A stretch of DNA of 64,000 nucleotides from an uncultured Hormoscilla sp. (lineage in GTDB: Bacteria; Cyanobacteriota; Cyanobacteriia; Cyanobacteriales; Desertifilaceae), in the NCBI GenBank assembly GCA_963921275.4, contig OZ001293.3:5280001-5344000 (forward strand), written 5' to 3'. Within the stretch, counting starts at the first letter, position 1. Every line of letters starts with the position of its first letter. Made by a program: the position numbers and the translations under genes. Positions 10,702 to 20,782 of the stretch are shown here, in pieces. Under the pieces are notes generated by a model. That model was not told the DNA's origin. It was given only the letters and a program-made list of their open reading frames with translations, and searched no databases.

Positions 10702-11158
10702 CTCATTGGCCTAAGGTAGGACTTGTCTCGCCCGTCCGAGACCTAGAACTCATGGAGCGCGGTCAAGAGCAGTTGATAGAGTAGAGCAATTTATTTTGTC
10801 GCGACCTGAACTTAAGTTTTGCAGCGAACCGAGAAAATTTGTTGAGTCAATATGCCGGGATTTTGAAGATGGAAAAGTGCTTGATGCAGATCCAGATGAA
10901 GCAGCTTTAGTGATGTAATACTGTGCTCGGGATGAACCCAACATATGCTTGTCAAAAAGGTGCTCGCTAAAGAGCTGCAGTTGACAGTTGCTGTTCCCTC
11001 TGCTCCTTAATAGGAGTCATCGTGAGTTCTTACCCTGGAATGAGGATTTAATAATGTGTCAAACTCGTCTGAAACGCCCGCGCTGACAATACTTTATGGC
11101 TTCTCGGATGAGCATCTTGTTTAATCCTTGTTCCACTGTATGAGGCAACAAGTTTCAA

Positions 11159-11368
11159 CCTATATTCCGCACGACAAAATGTATTACGTAATGATGACAA
11201 CCGCTTGTTGATGAAAGCGAACCGAAAACATCTTATCCGTATAAAAAATTATACGTTTTGTTGGCCAAATCGTCAGACATATTACGTGTTACAAAATGTC
11301 GTGCAATTGCAATCGTACCGTATCATTACATATTCCTATGTATTACGATTTGTAGTGCAAAATATAGG
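11159..11368. mobile_element. About 210-bp AT-rich MITE
   Basis: Imperfect terminal inverted repeats CCTATATTYYGCACKACAAA. Flanking direct repeat (G)TTTCAA(C) of 6-8 bp, the right copy containing the FIST gene stop codon. Confidence 0.7.
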
Positions 11369-11370
11369 TT

Positions 11371-12618
11371 TCAACCAGCTTGACTACAGATGCCAAACAC
11401 AGAAGTATAGCCATTTAGAAAGGTGTTCCCGCCCACTGGTCCGATTTCGCCATTGCAGAAAAAGCCACTCAGGGGAATATCGTCCAGATAGCGTTGAAAC
11501 AGCTGAGAGTCAAAATTGGGGTGTCCGTAAAGTCCTTCTCCTCGTCCCATGCAGGCGAACATTAAGGCCCCGGCGGCGGCCCCCTTGGCAGACTGCTTTT
11601 GATAGCGCTGCAACAGCAGGTCTAAATCTTCAGCAGATGCTTGGGCGTCTCGCAGGTGAAATTGAATCCGCTGACCCAGACGCACCCGATCGCCGATCGC
11701 GATCGCCCCGGCTTTGGGATCGACTCCCAGCAAATTGCGGATTAAAAAGTCCCCATGTTGCAGTTGCAGCTTAAATTCATCCCGGGCAATACCTACAAAC
11801 AGGGAGTGTTCGGCCAACTCCCGGTCTTTTTCGCTCAAAGTTGCCACCATCTCCCGCAACAGTTCTAGAGGCGGGCGTGACTTGCCACCACCACCCAGAG
11901 TCGATTCTACATCGGACTCCGACAGGGCTAGCACAATATTTCGCTCTCCGGACGTCACCCGGAACGTTGGCCCGATCGGGCGACATCCCTGAGCTACAAT
12001 TGTTTCCATCACTATATTGCCACTCAATGCCACTCCCACCGCGCCATCTCGGTAGAGCTGGTAATTGCAAAACAAACTACTGCCCGACCCCACGCGCTCG
12101 CCGCTAGCCAGGCCCCCCACCTTCACGGACCCAGGGTAAGCATAATCCAATCCCTGGAGTAGGTCGTTGATGCCAGCCGAAAATGGATCGGCTAAGATGA
12201 TAAACTGCGGACCGACAGCAGGGGAAACACTGATCGCCCGGGCCCAAGCGTCCGGGGGACTATCTAGATCCGGCAATGCCTCGGAAGCCACGTGAAAAGC
12301 TTTCGCCTCCACTCCGGGCAGCTGAGCTAAAGTAATACTGAGGGCTGCCGAACCTTCCAGTTCCAGGGCCTTTCTTTGCTGGTTCATGCCAATCACGCCG
12401 CCGCCGCCGCAACCAATCAGCGCTGGCACCGACAACCGTTCTTGCAGCAGGGGCATGAGGCGGGAATACTCGCTAGCGAAAGCATTGGAAATAAACACTA
12501 GGGCCAAAGAAGCCTCCCCTGGTAATAGTTCCCGGAGGTTCTCGCAGACTTCTATGACTGCTGCTTCCAAAGAAGCACGGGTTGATAAGGCATTTGCCCA
12601 TTTCATTTGATTGTTCAT
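11371..12618 (-). CDS. FIST (FIST_N + FIST_C) signal transduction protein
   Basis: LIGCGGGGVIG, GGLAS, VAQGCRPIG, FACMGRG and GFFCNGEIGP motifs. Start taken at MNNQMKW. Confidence 0.9.
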   Translation of the reverse strand: MNNQMKWANALSTRASLEAAVIEVCENLRELLPGEASLALVFISNAFASEYSRLMPLLQERLSVPALIGCGGGGVIGMNQQRKALELEGSAALSITLAQLPGVEAKAFHVASEALPDLDSPPDAWARAISVSPAVGPQFIILADPFSAGINDLLQGLDYAYPGSVKVGGLASGERVGSGSSLFCNYQLYRDGAVGVALSGNIVMETIVAQGCRPIGPTFRVTSGERNIVLALSESDVESTLGGGGKSRPPLELLREMVATLSEKDRELAEHSLFVGIARDEFKLQLQHGDFLIRNLLGVDPKAGAIAIGDRVRLGQRIQFHLRDAQASAEDLDLLLQRYQKQSAKGAAAGALMFACMGRGEGLYGHPNFDSQLFQRYLDDIPLSGFFCNGEIGPVGGNTFLNGYTSVFGICSQAG

Positions 12619-13106
12619 AGTTAGAAATTGTATATAGTTTCCGTCGTAGCAGTCAAATGTCCGCAGCCAGGGCCACCGTCGCGCCCGTTCGCGCAGTGTG
12701 GGGCAGCCATGGGCCTCTAGAACATCAGTCAAGTTGAAGCTAGAAACCGGGTTTTTGGTGCCGCTATCTTAGAGAGATCGATGTTCTGACAAGAGAAACC
12801 TGGTTATCAGTACCGACTCTCTAGATCCTATCGGTTCGTCCAGATTTTCCATCTCCGTGAGGGTCGGTTATCTCTGTTATGCTGGTTCGTATTACCACAA
12901 CTTAGCATATTTTGACAATCTATGTTAACATTTCTATACATAGGCAGCACCAGATCAGGTCGTGAGGGAGGATGGGTGAAATCTTAAAAAATAAGCATAC
13001 ATACAGCTAGTCCTCGCCAAAGTCAGGTACAATCATCGTTAGTGGTGCCTTGCGCCAGAACCGGATCTAGCTGCTCAACTAGCAAAAACATGATTGAGGA
13101 TAATAA

Positions 13107-13328
13107 ATGACTACCCTGCAAGAAAAAATCGAACAAGAACGCGAGCAAGCTCGTGCTGTATGCGATACCAAAGGTGCAACCTCTCCAGAATGTGTCGCGG
13201 CCTATGATGCTCTCGAAGAAATGCAAGCAGAAGCATCGCATCAGAAGGAAATTCCCGGAAAAACCAACTTCGATAAATACTGCGATGAGGATCCTGGTGC
13301 TGCTGAGTGCCGTATATATGAAGACTAG
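13107..13328 (+). CDS. cp12: Calvin cycle regulator CP12
   Basis: N-terminal Cys pair, AAYDALEE core and C-terminal YCDEDPGAAECRIYED. Confidence 0.93.
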   Translation: MTTLQEKIEQEREQARAVCDTKGATSPECVAAYDALEEMQAEASHQKEIPGKTNFDKYCDEDPGAAECRIYED

Positions 13329-13512
13329 GGCGATCTTTGGCAGCGATCGCGGTCTCCGAGGGTCTGCCGGAGACCTCGCGAGGCTCTGAGCTTGTAAATT
13401 TGACCCAAGACGACCCCGCTAGCAGAGTGCTGGCGGGGTTATTGGCGTCAGGTAGCATGGTGGGATGCTAGGCTTGGGTTTGAGTTTAGCTTTTATCAGC
13501 CTGGAAATGTTT

Positions 13513-14109
13513 ATGGATGAAATGTTGTTGCGAAGTCTTGTCTGGACTGACTACCGCCTGGCGGTAATATTTACAGTGTTGATACCCCTAGGGCTGCTAG
13601 TCTGGGCGGCTGTCAAACGATCGGGGGCGATGGTGCATTTATTAATCATTTACTGGCGAGTTGCGAGTCTGCTAGCAATTACAGTCTATCTGATGATTGC
13701 CGCTATGCCCATCAGTTTTGTCTCGGGTCTGTGCGCCCGCATCTTGATTCCCATCTCCCTGTGGTTTTGGGTGGACCTGAACGAAGAAATTGAAGATTTG
13801 CCGTCATCTCGGCCTTTGAAACTATGCTTTACTGCCTGGCGCTGGGCAGTGACAATTTACACGATCGGGGGCGCTGTGCTCCTGATTCCCAACCTGCGTT
13901 GTGCAGTGCTGGCAAAAGCCCAACTGATCGCCGATCCATTTTGCAACATTTGGCTAGAAGCCCCTTGGGCTTATAAACAGATTTTCCATGCCAACTCTAC
14001 GGAAGGATTTTTAGGGGTTCTGGGGATCCTTGGTTTAATGATTTACGTTCTGTACTTCAGCTCTTTTGTGCTGTTCAAACTAGGCAAGCAAGGACGATCT
14101 GCTGTATAA
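13513..14109 (+). CDS. DUF3177-like conserved cyanobacterial membrane protein
   Basis: LVWTDYRLAV, YWRVASLL.ITVYL and SLWFWVDLNEEI motifs. The start could be 13465. Confidence 0.8.
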   Translation: MDEMLLRSLVWTDYRLAVIFTVLIPLGLLVWAAVKRSGAMVHLLIIYWRVASLLAITVYLMIAAMPISFVSGLCARILIPISLWFWVDLNEEIEDLPSSRPLKLCFTAWRWAVTIYTIGGAVLLIPNLRCAVLAKAQLIADPFCNIWLEAPWAYKQIFHANSTEGFLGVLGILGLMIYVLYFSSFVLFKLGKQGRSAV

Positions 14110-14111
14110 CC

Positions 14112-14411
14112 ATGAATAACTCGATTGCAAACCGTCTGGAACAGTATACGATTAAACGCCCCTCGGAAGTGCTGCTGGTCGCGGCAGAAATTAGTGGAGA
14201 ATCAGACCAAATTCTGATTTTCAAGGGATTTTCTAGTTCCCTCATGCGCCCTACAGCTTTTGACCCCGATGTGCCAGTTCTGCCAGCCTCCGCGAGGATT
14301 GTTAGTATCGATCGGGTAAAAAGTCCCTATAATCTTGATGCTCCCTGTTACATTCAACAGGGACTGACTTGGGAAACTATGGAACCTCTCTTGGCAGAGG
14401 TGGGAGTTTGA
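14112..14411 (+). CDS. Conserved hypothetical cyanobacterial protein
   Basis: LIFKGFSSSLMRPTAFDPDVPVLP motif. Operonic with the previous gene. Confidence 0.8.
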   Translation: MNNSIANRLEQYTIKRPSEVLLVAAEISGESDQILIFKGFSSSLMRPTAFDPDVPVLPASARIVSIDRVKSPYNLDAPCYIQQGLTWETMEPLLAEVGV

Positions 14412-14420
14412 TTCTTCTGT

Positions 14421-14449
14421 ACCGAGGCAAGGGATCGGCTTGCCTCGGT
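14421..14449 (+). terminator. Stem-loop after the DUF3177 operon
   Basis: ACCGAGGCAAG...CTTGCCTCGGT perfect 11-bp stem, no U-tract. Confidence 0.35.
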
Positions 14450-14460
14450 CATCTATGATA

Positions 14461-15472
14461 ACCTAAGTTGCGACCTATTAAAAAAAATATGAATTACCCA
14501 CTTATACTTTACAGATATTTGGGATATTTCGTAGCTTTTGATACAAAATTATATTTTTTTTGTGCTAGACGGCGGGTTGGCTGTTTATAGGTTATAATGT
14601 ACTAAAATAATAGTTAATTGCTGGGGGATGTAGATGATGGAAGATATGATTACAACAATTTTTGTTCTTTGTGACGAGCTACTAAAAGCGTTAAATATAA
14701 AAGAAGATCCACAAGTAAAAATGAACAATGCCGAAGTGATGACAGTCGGATTAGTTGCTGCATATTTTTTCGGAGGACACCACGATCGCTCTTATAAATT
14801 TATAGTCGAACACAAGTATATAAAAAATCTGTTAAGTAAAAGTAGGTTCAATCGTCGATTACACAATATTGACGAACCAATTTGGATGTTTTTCTTCCAA
14901 GTTATAGCTCAAACATTTAAAGAGCTCAATCCGGGTCAAGAATATATTCTTGATAGTTTCCCGGTGCCAGTATGTGATAATATTAGGATTGATAGATGCC
15001 AAATTTATAACAAGGAAGAATATCGAGGGTATATTGCCAGTAAAAAACGTTATTTTTATGGATTAAGAGTTCATATGTTGGTAAACAAAAATGGAAAGCT
15101 AATAGAATTTTATCTAGATCCTGGTAGTTATAATGATGTTAAAGTTTTGCAATCTTTTGGCTTTGACTTACCATCAAATTCAATAGTTTATGGAGATAAA
15201 GCTTATAATGATTATCAATTAGAGGATTTACTAAAAGAGTCGTCAAGTATAATGTTAAAACCTTTGCGAAAAAAGAACTCAAAAAGAAAAGAATCTTCTT
15301 GTTTTGAATATATACAAAAAGTAACAAGAAAACAAGTTGAAACCTGTTTTAGTCGAATCACCAATTTGTTTCCCAAGTCAATTCATGCTGTTACATCTAA
15401 GGGATTAGAGTTGAAAATAATTCTCTTTATCATAGCTTTTTGTATCCAATTTTTATAGGTCGCAACTTGAGT
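14461..15472 (+). mobile_element. IS982-family element, copy 1 (1012 bp)
   Basis: Inverted repeats ACCTAAGTTGCGACCTAT / ATAGGTCGCAACTTGAGT. 7-bp target duplication TATGATA at 14454-14460 and 15473-15479. Very AT-rich. Confidence 0.92.
14634..15458 (+). CDS. IS982-family transposase
   Basis: SKSRFNRR, LDSFPVPVC, YFYGLRVH, YGDKAY and RKQVETCFS DDE motifs. Confidence 0.92.
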   Translation: MMEDMITTIFVLCDELLKALNIKEDPQVKMNNAEVMTVGLVAAYFFGGHHDRSYKFIVEHKYIKNLLSKSRFNRRLHNIDEPIWMFFFQVIAQTFKELNPGQEYILDSFPVPVCDNIRIDRCQIYNKEEYRGYIASKKRYFYGLRVHMLVNKNGKLIEFYLDPGSYNDVKVLQSFGFDLPSNSIVYGDKAYNDYQLEDLLKESSSIMLKPLRKKNSKRKESSCFEYIQKVTRKQVETCFSRITNLFPKSIHAVTSKGLELKIILFIIAFCIQFL

Positions 15473-15473
15473 T

Positions 15474-15899
15474 ATGATAATATTATCTGTAAATTCTCAC
15501 AACACTATAAATATCTTAACAGCCCCCCAAACTCAAACCGAAAACGCCGTAAGGATTGTGGTCACAGAGACGATCGGGGATAATCTCTGTATAGCATGTG
15601 AAGATGGTCAAAAAGTTTATGAACGGATAGCAGCGGCTTTTCACGCTGGCAAGAAGGTGATAGTATCTTTCAAGGATGCTGAAGATATTACTACCGCTTT
15701 CCTGGCAGAGGCGATCGCTCAATTGTACCATGTCTTTCCAGAAGAGCAGGTGGAATCATCTCTCAGGGTCGTGGATATGGAGGAAATTGATGCCATAGAC
15801 CTGGAAGATGCAATATACTGGACAAAGGAATATATCAAAGACCCGGAGCGATATATAGCTGCGGCGAAGGAAGCATTCGGAGATTACTTCTTTGACTAA
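15474..15899 (+). CDS. STAS-like/DUF4325-type protein, copy 1
   Basis: EDGQKVY..I...VIVSFKD...ITTAFL.EAI.QLY motif. The position of the paralog's ATG reads ATA here. Confidence 0.7.
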   Translation: MIILSVNSHNTINILTAPQTQTENAVRIVVTETIGDNLCIACEDGQKVYERIAAAFHAGKKVIVSFKDAEDITTAFLAEAIAQLYHVFPEEQVESSLRVVDMEEIDAIDLEDAIYWTKEYIKDPERYIAAAKEAFGDYFFD

Positions 15900-15995
15900 A
15901 TAGTCACCCATAATTGATTCTCCTATAACACAGTTTAATAAATTTTGCTATCATATCATTGTCACGAAATCTGTTAACTAACTCAGGAAGAAGCC

Positions 15996-16385
15996 ATGAA
16001 TATCTTAACAGCCCCCCAGACTCAAACAGAAAACGCCGTAGAGATTGTGGTCACGGAGGCGATCGGGGACACAATATGTATAGCCAGCGAAGATGGCCAG
16101 AAAGTTTATGACCGGATAGCAGCGGCTTTTCAGGCAGGCAAGAAGGTGATAGTATCCTTCAAGGATGCGGAAGATATTACTACCGCTTTCCTGGCAGAGG
16201 CGATCGGCTATTTATACGCAGACTTTCCCGAAGAGCAGGTCGAATCATCTCTCAGGATTGTCGATATGCAGGAAATTGATGCCATAGACCTCGAAGATGC
16301 AATATACTGGGTTAAGGAGTATATAAAAGACCCGCAGAGATTCGAGGCTGCTGCACGAGAAGCGTTTGGTGATTACTATGAGTAA
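15996..16385 (+). CDS. STAS-like/DUF4325-type protein, copy 2
   Basis: Closely similar tandem paralog with an RBS-like AGGAAG. Overlaps the PIN gene start. Confidence 0.8.
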   Translation: MNILTAPQTQTENAVEIVVTEAIGDTICIASEDGQKVYDRIAAAFQAGKKVIVSFKDAEDITTAFLAEAIGYLYADFPEEQVESSLRIVDMQEIDAIDLEDAIYWVKEYIKDPQRFEAAAREAFGDYYE

Positions 16386-16926
16386 CCAAGTTTACCGCAT
16401 CAGCGAATATAGATTTAGCAATACTGATGCGGTATTGTTCGATGTTAATATCTGGTTGTACATTTATGGACCGCCGGGTAATCGATATCCGCGATTACAA
16501 AGCACATATACTTTGGCACTCAGGCGAATTCGCAGTGTGCGAGGTCGCATATTTCTCGATGTGCTGGTACTGTCTGAATTCATTAATGCTTTCTCTCGAT
16601 TCATTTATAACGAATTACCACAAGTAAGAAAGCCAGCAGAGTTCAAAACTTTCCGCGACAGTGACTAGTTTAAGCCGTTGGCTGCCAAAATTGCTAGAAA
16701 GGCTGAGAAAATATTGGATAAGTGCGAACTGACGGAGAGTGGCTTGACATCGGTTAATCTGCGGGGTATCGTAAGAGAGTATGCAGCAGGCGAGTCTGAT
16801 TTTAATGACCAAGTGTTGGCGGAACTATGCAAGACTAAGGAACTGATATTGGTTACCCACGATACGGATTTCTCTGGCGATAATTTGACGATCCTTACGG
16901 CTAATCGGAGGTTGCTGCCTGAGTAG
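16378..16926 (+). pseudogene. PIN-domain protein with one in-frame TAG (16666-16668)
   Basis: VLFDVNIW...VLSEFIN...DFNDQ..LVTHDTDF PIN acidic motifs. Both ORF halves are in the same frame. Confidence 0.8.
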
Positions 16927-17182
16927 GCGTCGGGTAAAATGGGCAAAGGGCGATCGCCGGCAGACCTTAAATGTAAAGGATATCCATTAGCCCGCGCCGG
17001 CGAGGGAGGGAACATGAGGCGCCATTATTGAGGGTGGGGGGAACAATCCACCGGCACTATGATAATTGATGGAGACTTAGCCCGCGCAGGGGGGCGAGGG
17101 AAAGGGAACAATTCACCTGCGCTATGATATCATTGATGAGACGATGTTAGAATAAACAGAGCAACCTGGGAGCAGCAAAGTT

Positions 17183-20100
17183 ATGGAAAATCCCTTGATT
17201 AACAACCGGTACCTTCTCTTCGACAACCCGAGATCGGGCGGGATGGCTGATGTTTATCAAGCCACGGACAGGAAGAAAGGGCCGCAGGAAGTCGTCGCCA
17301 TAAAGATATTCAAGAACCAAGAGATAGAGACAAAGTTTTTAGATGAGTCTTTCAAGCGCGAAACCCAAGCCCTGAAAGATTTAAAGCATCCTCACATTAT
17401 CGAACTCCTAGATTCAGGTCAGGAGGAAAGCACGGGTAACTACTTCCTCGTCCTGGAGTGGATGGAGAAGGACTTGAAAACATTTCTGGAAGAATCACCT
17501 GTAGAAGGATGGGATGAGTTCTGGGAAGACATCGGGTTACCGGTGCTGGAAGCGCTGGCTTTCTCCCACAATCGCGAAATCATTCACCGGGATATCAAGC
17601 CCAGCAACATTTTAGTGGCGAGTGACGGAACACTCAAACTCGCTGATTTCGGCATCTCTAAGCTCAGGAGATATCTGCAACAGAGCAATACCCTCAGAGA
17701 ATTTCGTTTGAACACCTTCACGCCGCCAGAGGATGACGACGGGACTTATACTTATACTCGCGATGTTTACAGTTTTGGAGTATTGGTACTGAAATATCTC
17801 ACGCAGGCGGAAATTGCAGATCGTGATGGCATTAATCAGGCACTGCAAGAGTTGAAGGCACAGGCATCGCCAGAAATCGTTAAAATCATCGAGCGTACTG
17901 TTTCCTTAGATCCCAAAAAGCGCCAGCAGAATGCTGATGTGCTGCTAGCTGAAATCAAGGCTGTCCAAGGAAAGAGAGCGCCAAGTGAGTCACGCAGGCA
18001 AAGCCGTTGTTACCTGACACTTACTAGGAAGGCGTTAAACAATCTTCAGAATCTACTCAAGAAATCTCAGGAAGAAATTGAAAGGATTGTCCTAGAAGAT
18101 TTGAATAGTGGGTGTGGAATCTCTCCTTTCAAGAAGGATGGAGAAGATCAAGAGAATCATTATTCGATATTTGGGTACTCATACAGATATCACGTGGCCA
18201 CAGAACAATATAAGTTAGTTGTCATTAACGCTGAAGATTTTTCCAGCGCTACTCTCGAAAAATATCGAGAACGTGCCTGGTCTCCACCCTATGAATTCAG
18301 ATTTGACGACAATCCTCCGAGAAGATGGGAAGCAGAGGAAGTTATTTGGGAATTGAGACAAGAGGTAGAAGGGCATGAAGCAAATCGGCGCCAGAGAAGA
18401 GCAGAAGAAGAAAAGCAGCGCATATTCCGAGTTTGGAGCGATCTTCTGAAAGCGAAGAAAGATTGGGAGGAGAATCGAGAAAAACCGCTGAAATACAGGA
18501 GCTTTAAACCGGAGGGGCATGGCAATCAGGTAATCTTTAAGTTATCAGAACTACTAGAAGATGATGTTGTTCCACAACCCCGCCACGTGAAAGGGTTCGA
18601 TGGACGTAGCATTTTGCGGGGAGAGGTAGTGGAAGTCAATGGCGATGAATTGTATCTCTCTGTGAGCGATGGAGAAATAGACGAACTCCCACAAACAGGC
18701 GAATTGCTTTTCGATAATATTGCGGCGCTTGATGCATTAAGACGTCAAGAGAATGCTGTAGATGCGATTAAATACGATCAGGGGGTACGGGCGGATCTTC
18801 GGAATTTACTGGTCAATCCTGAAGCAGTCCATACTCCCGAGTTACCAGCAGCAGTGGAATTTTTGGATGCCAAACTCAACCCATCACAGCAAGAGGTGGT
18901 GAAGGCGGCATTGGGAACGGCAGATTTTTTGATAGTCCAAGGACCGCCGGGGACGGGAAAGACGACATTTATTACAGAAGTTATCCGACAAACTCTTCAG
19001 CAAAATCCTGATGCCAGAATTTTGCTGAGTTCCCAGACTCACGTAGCACTGGATAACGCCCTAGAACGAATTCTAGCTCTCAATCCTGATTTGAAAATGG
19101 TGCGACTCGGCAACCGTTCCAGGGTGTCAGATACGATTCACTCTCTCTTGCTGGAAGAACAGATGGAACGGTGGAGGGAGGAGGTGAGGGATCGCAGCCA
19201 GGAGTTTCTGGACAATTTGTCGGCAGAGAGAGGGTTCTCTCAAAATGATATTCATGATCTTAAAGTCGCGACCCTTTTGCAAGAGTTGAAAGCCAAGCTG
19301 ACAAAGATTGAATATATGAGAACAGAACGGGAAAGTCGGAAACAGGAGAAATATAATATTCAGGTTGAACAGACTGATGAAGATCGAGAAAAGAGCAAAC
19401 GTCTGTCGCGAGAGATTGAAGAGTTAGAGGAGGAGTCAAAGTCAGCCCGTAAGGAGCAAAGGGAAGTGGCTAAACGCCTGCAAGCATTAAGTGGAATTGA
19501 CGAACGGGAGCTATTAAAGCTATCATCTGAGGAATTATATCTGCGGATCGATGAGTTGCTAGATCAAAATGACCCCGATGCTAAGATGATTCAACAACTG
19601 CTGAAACTGCAAGCAGATTGGTTCGAGTGCTTCGGGCGCAGTTATCAATTTAAAGCCGCTTTGATTAAGCGATCGTCTGTTGTCGCTGGAACCTGTATCG
19701 GCATTGCCAGATACATTCAGGACATAGAATTAGACCTTTGCATTATTGATGAGGCTTCCAAAGCTCTGGTCACAGAAGTGCTGGTGCCAATGGCGCGATC
19801 GCGTCGGTGGATACTGGTAGGCGACCCCAAGCAACTGCCACCCTTCCAAGATGAAGCCAGTCGGGATACGGAGCTTCTGAATAGGTACGAGCTCAGTTAC
19901 GAGGAGATCCGAGAAACCTTGTTCGATCGGCTGCTGGGGACTCTCCCGGAAGCTTGTCGAAAGATGCTCGCCATTCAACATCGGATGGTAGCACCAATTG
20001 GCAATCTGATCGGCGAGTGCTTTTATGAAGGTCAGCTCAAAAGTGCTAGGACCGATATAGATGAAAACCTCGGTCAAGTTTTACGGCAACCGGTTACCTG

Positions 20101-20614
20101 GTTGACAACAAGCAAACTTAAAAATTGTCGCGAACAGGCTGCTAACTATAGTTATAATAATGCCACTGAGGTCAAGGTCATAGTCAAGGCGATCGAACAG
20201 CTCAATGTCATGGCAGAATCGGCTCAGAAAAAATACAGCATTGCTGTCTTGAGTGGGTACGCAGCACAGTTAGAATTACTCAATCGCAAACTATCTTCAA
20301 AAAGAAAAGTCTGGGAAGATTTGACATTCGAGTGCAACACGGTGGACGCCTTCCAAGGGCGGGAAGCAGATATTGTCATTTATTCCGTGACTCGTTCTAA
20401 CGAAGAAAACCAAATAGGTTTCCTGAAGGATGAAGCGCGACTCAATGTCGCTTTATCCCGAGGTCGAGTTGGTTTAGTCATCGTAGGAGATCACCATTTT
20501 TGTCGTAACCTACCTACTGACAGCCCGTTACGTCGAGTTCTTGATTACATCGAGAGGCACACCGTTCCGGAAAAATCAGACGGTTGCCAATTGATAGAAG
20601 CTACGTTATCATAG
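17183..20614 (+). CDS. Ser/Thr kinase fused to a UPF1/DNA2-like SF1 helicase (Mokosh MkoA-like)
   Basis: Kinase motifs GGMADVY, VAIK, HRDIKPSN and DFG. Helicase motifs QGPPGTGKT, SSQTHVALDN, IIDEAS, LVGDPKQLPP, QHRM, TVDAFQGRE and RLNVALSR. Confidence 0.9.
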   Translation: MENPLINNRYLLFDNPRSGGMADVYQATDRKKGPQEVVAIKIFKNQEIETKFLDESFKRETQALKDLKHPHIIELLDSGQEESTGNYFLVLEWMEKDLKTFLEESPVEGWDEFWEDIGLPVLEALAFSHNREIIHRDIKPSNILVASDGTLKLADFGISKLRRYLQQSNTLREFRLNTFTPPEDDDGTYTYTRDVYSFGVLVLKYLTQAEIADRDGINQALQELKAQASPEIVKIIERTVSLDPKKRQQNADVLLAEIKAVQGKRAPSESRRQSRCYLTLTRKALNNLQNLLKKSQEEIERIVLEDLNSGCGISPFKKDGEDQENHYSIFGYSYRYHVATEQYKLVVINAEDFSSATLEKYRERAWSPPYEFRFDDNPPRRWEAEEVIWELRQEVEGHEANRRQRRAEEEKQRIFRVWSDLLKAKKDWEENREKPLKYRSFKPEGHGNQVIFKLSELLEDDVVPQPRHVKGFDGRSILRGEVVEVNGDELYLSVSDGEIDELPQTGELLFDNIAALDALRRQENAVDAIKYDQGVRADLRNLLVNPEAVHTPELPAAVEFLDAKLNPSQQEVVKAALGTADFLIVQGPPGTGKTTFITEVIRQTLQQNPDARILLSSQTHVALDNALERILALNPDLKMVRLGNRSRVSDTIHSLLLEEQMERWREEVRDRSQEFLDNLSAERGFSQNDIHDLKVATLLQELKAKLTKIEYMRTERESRKQEKYNIQVEQTDEDREKSKRLSREIEELEEESKSARKEQREVAKRLQALSGIDERELLKLSSEELYLRIDELLDQNDPDAKMIQQLLKLQADWFECFGRSYQFKAALIKRSSVVAGTCIGIARYIQDIELDLCIIDEASKALVTEVLVPMARSRRWILVGDPKQLPPFQDEASRDTELLNRYELSYEEIRETLFDRLLGTLPEACRKMLAIQHRMVAPIGNLIGECFYEGQLKSARTDIDENLGQVLRQPVTWLTTSKLKNCREQAANYSYNNATEVKVIVKAIEQLNVMAESAQKKYSIAVLSGYAAQLELLNRKLSSKRKVWEDLTFECNTVDAFQGREADIVIYSVTRSNEENQIGFLKDEARLNVALSRGRVGLVIVGDHHFCRNLPTDSPLRRVLDYIERHTVPEKSDGCQLIEATLS

Positions 20615-20782
20615 TTTCTGTAGGTTGGGTAGAGTCGCCGCCGCCCTCACCCGTTCCCAGGCGGGAGCCAGGGAACGAGGGGTCCGGCTACAGAAACAAA
20701 GCAATCTAGATTACAAAAGTGAGAGGCACGAAACTCAACTGCATACATCGCTACGGAAAATAGATTTAGTGGGAGCGTTTTT

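Noticed and set aside
10750..10918. Open stretch HGARSRAVDRVEQFILSRP...AALVM on the + strand
   Set aside because: No start codon or recognisable family. Possibly a gene fragment, but I cannot support a call.
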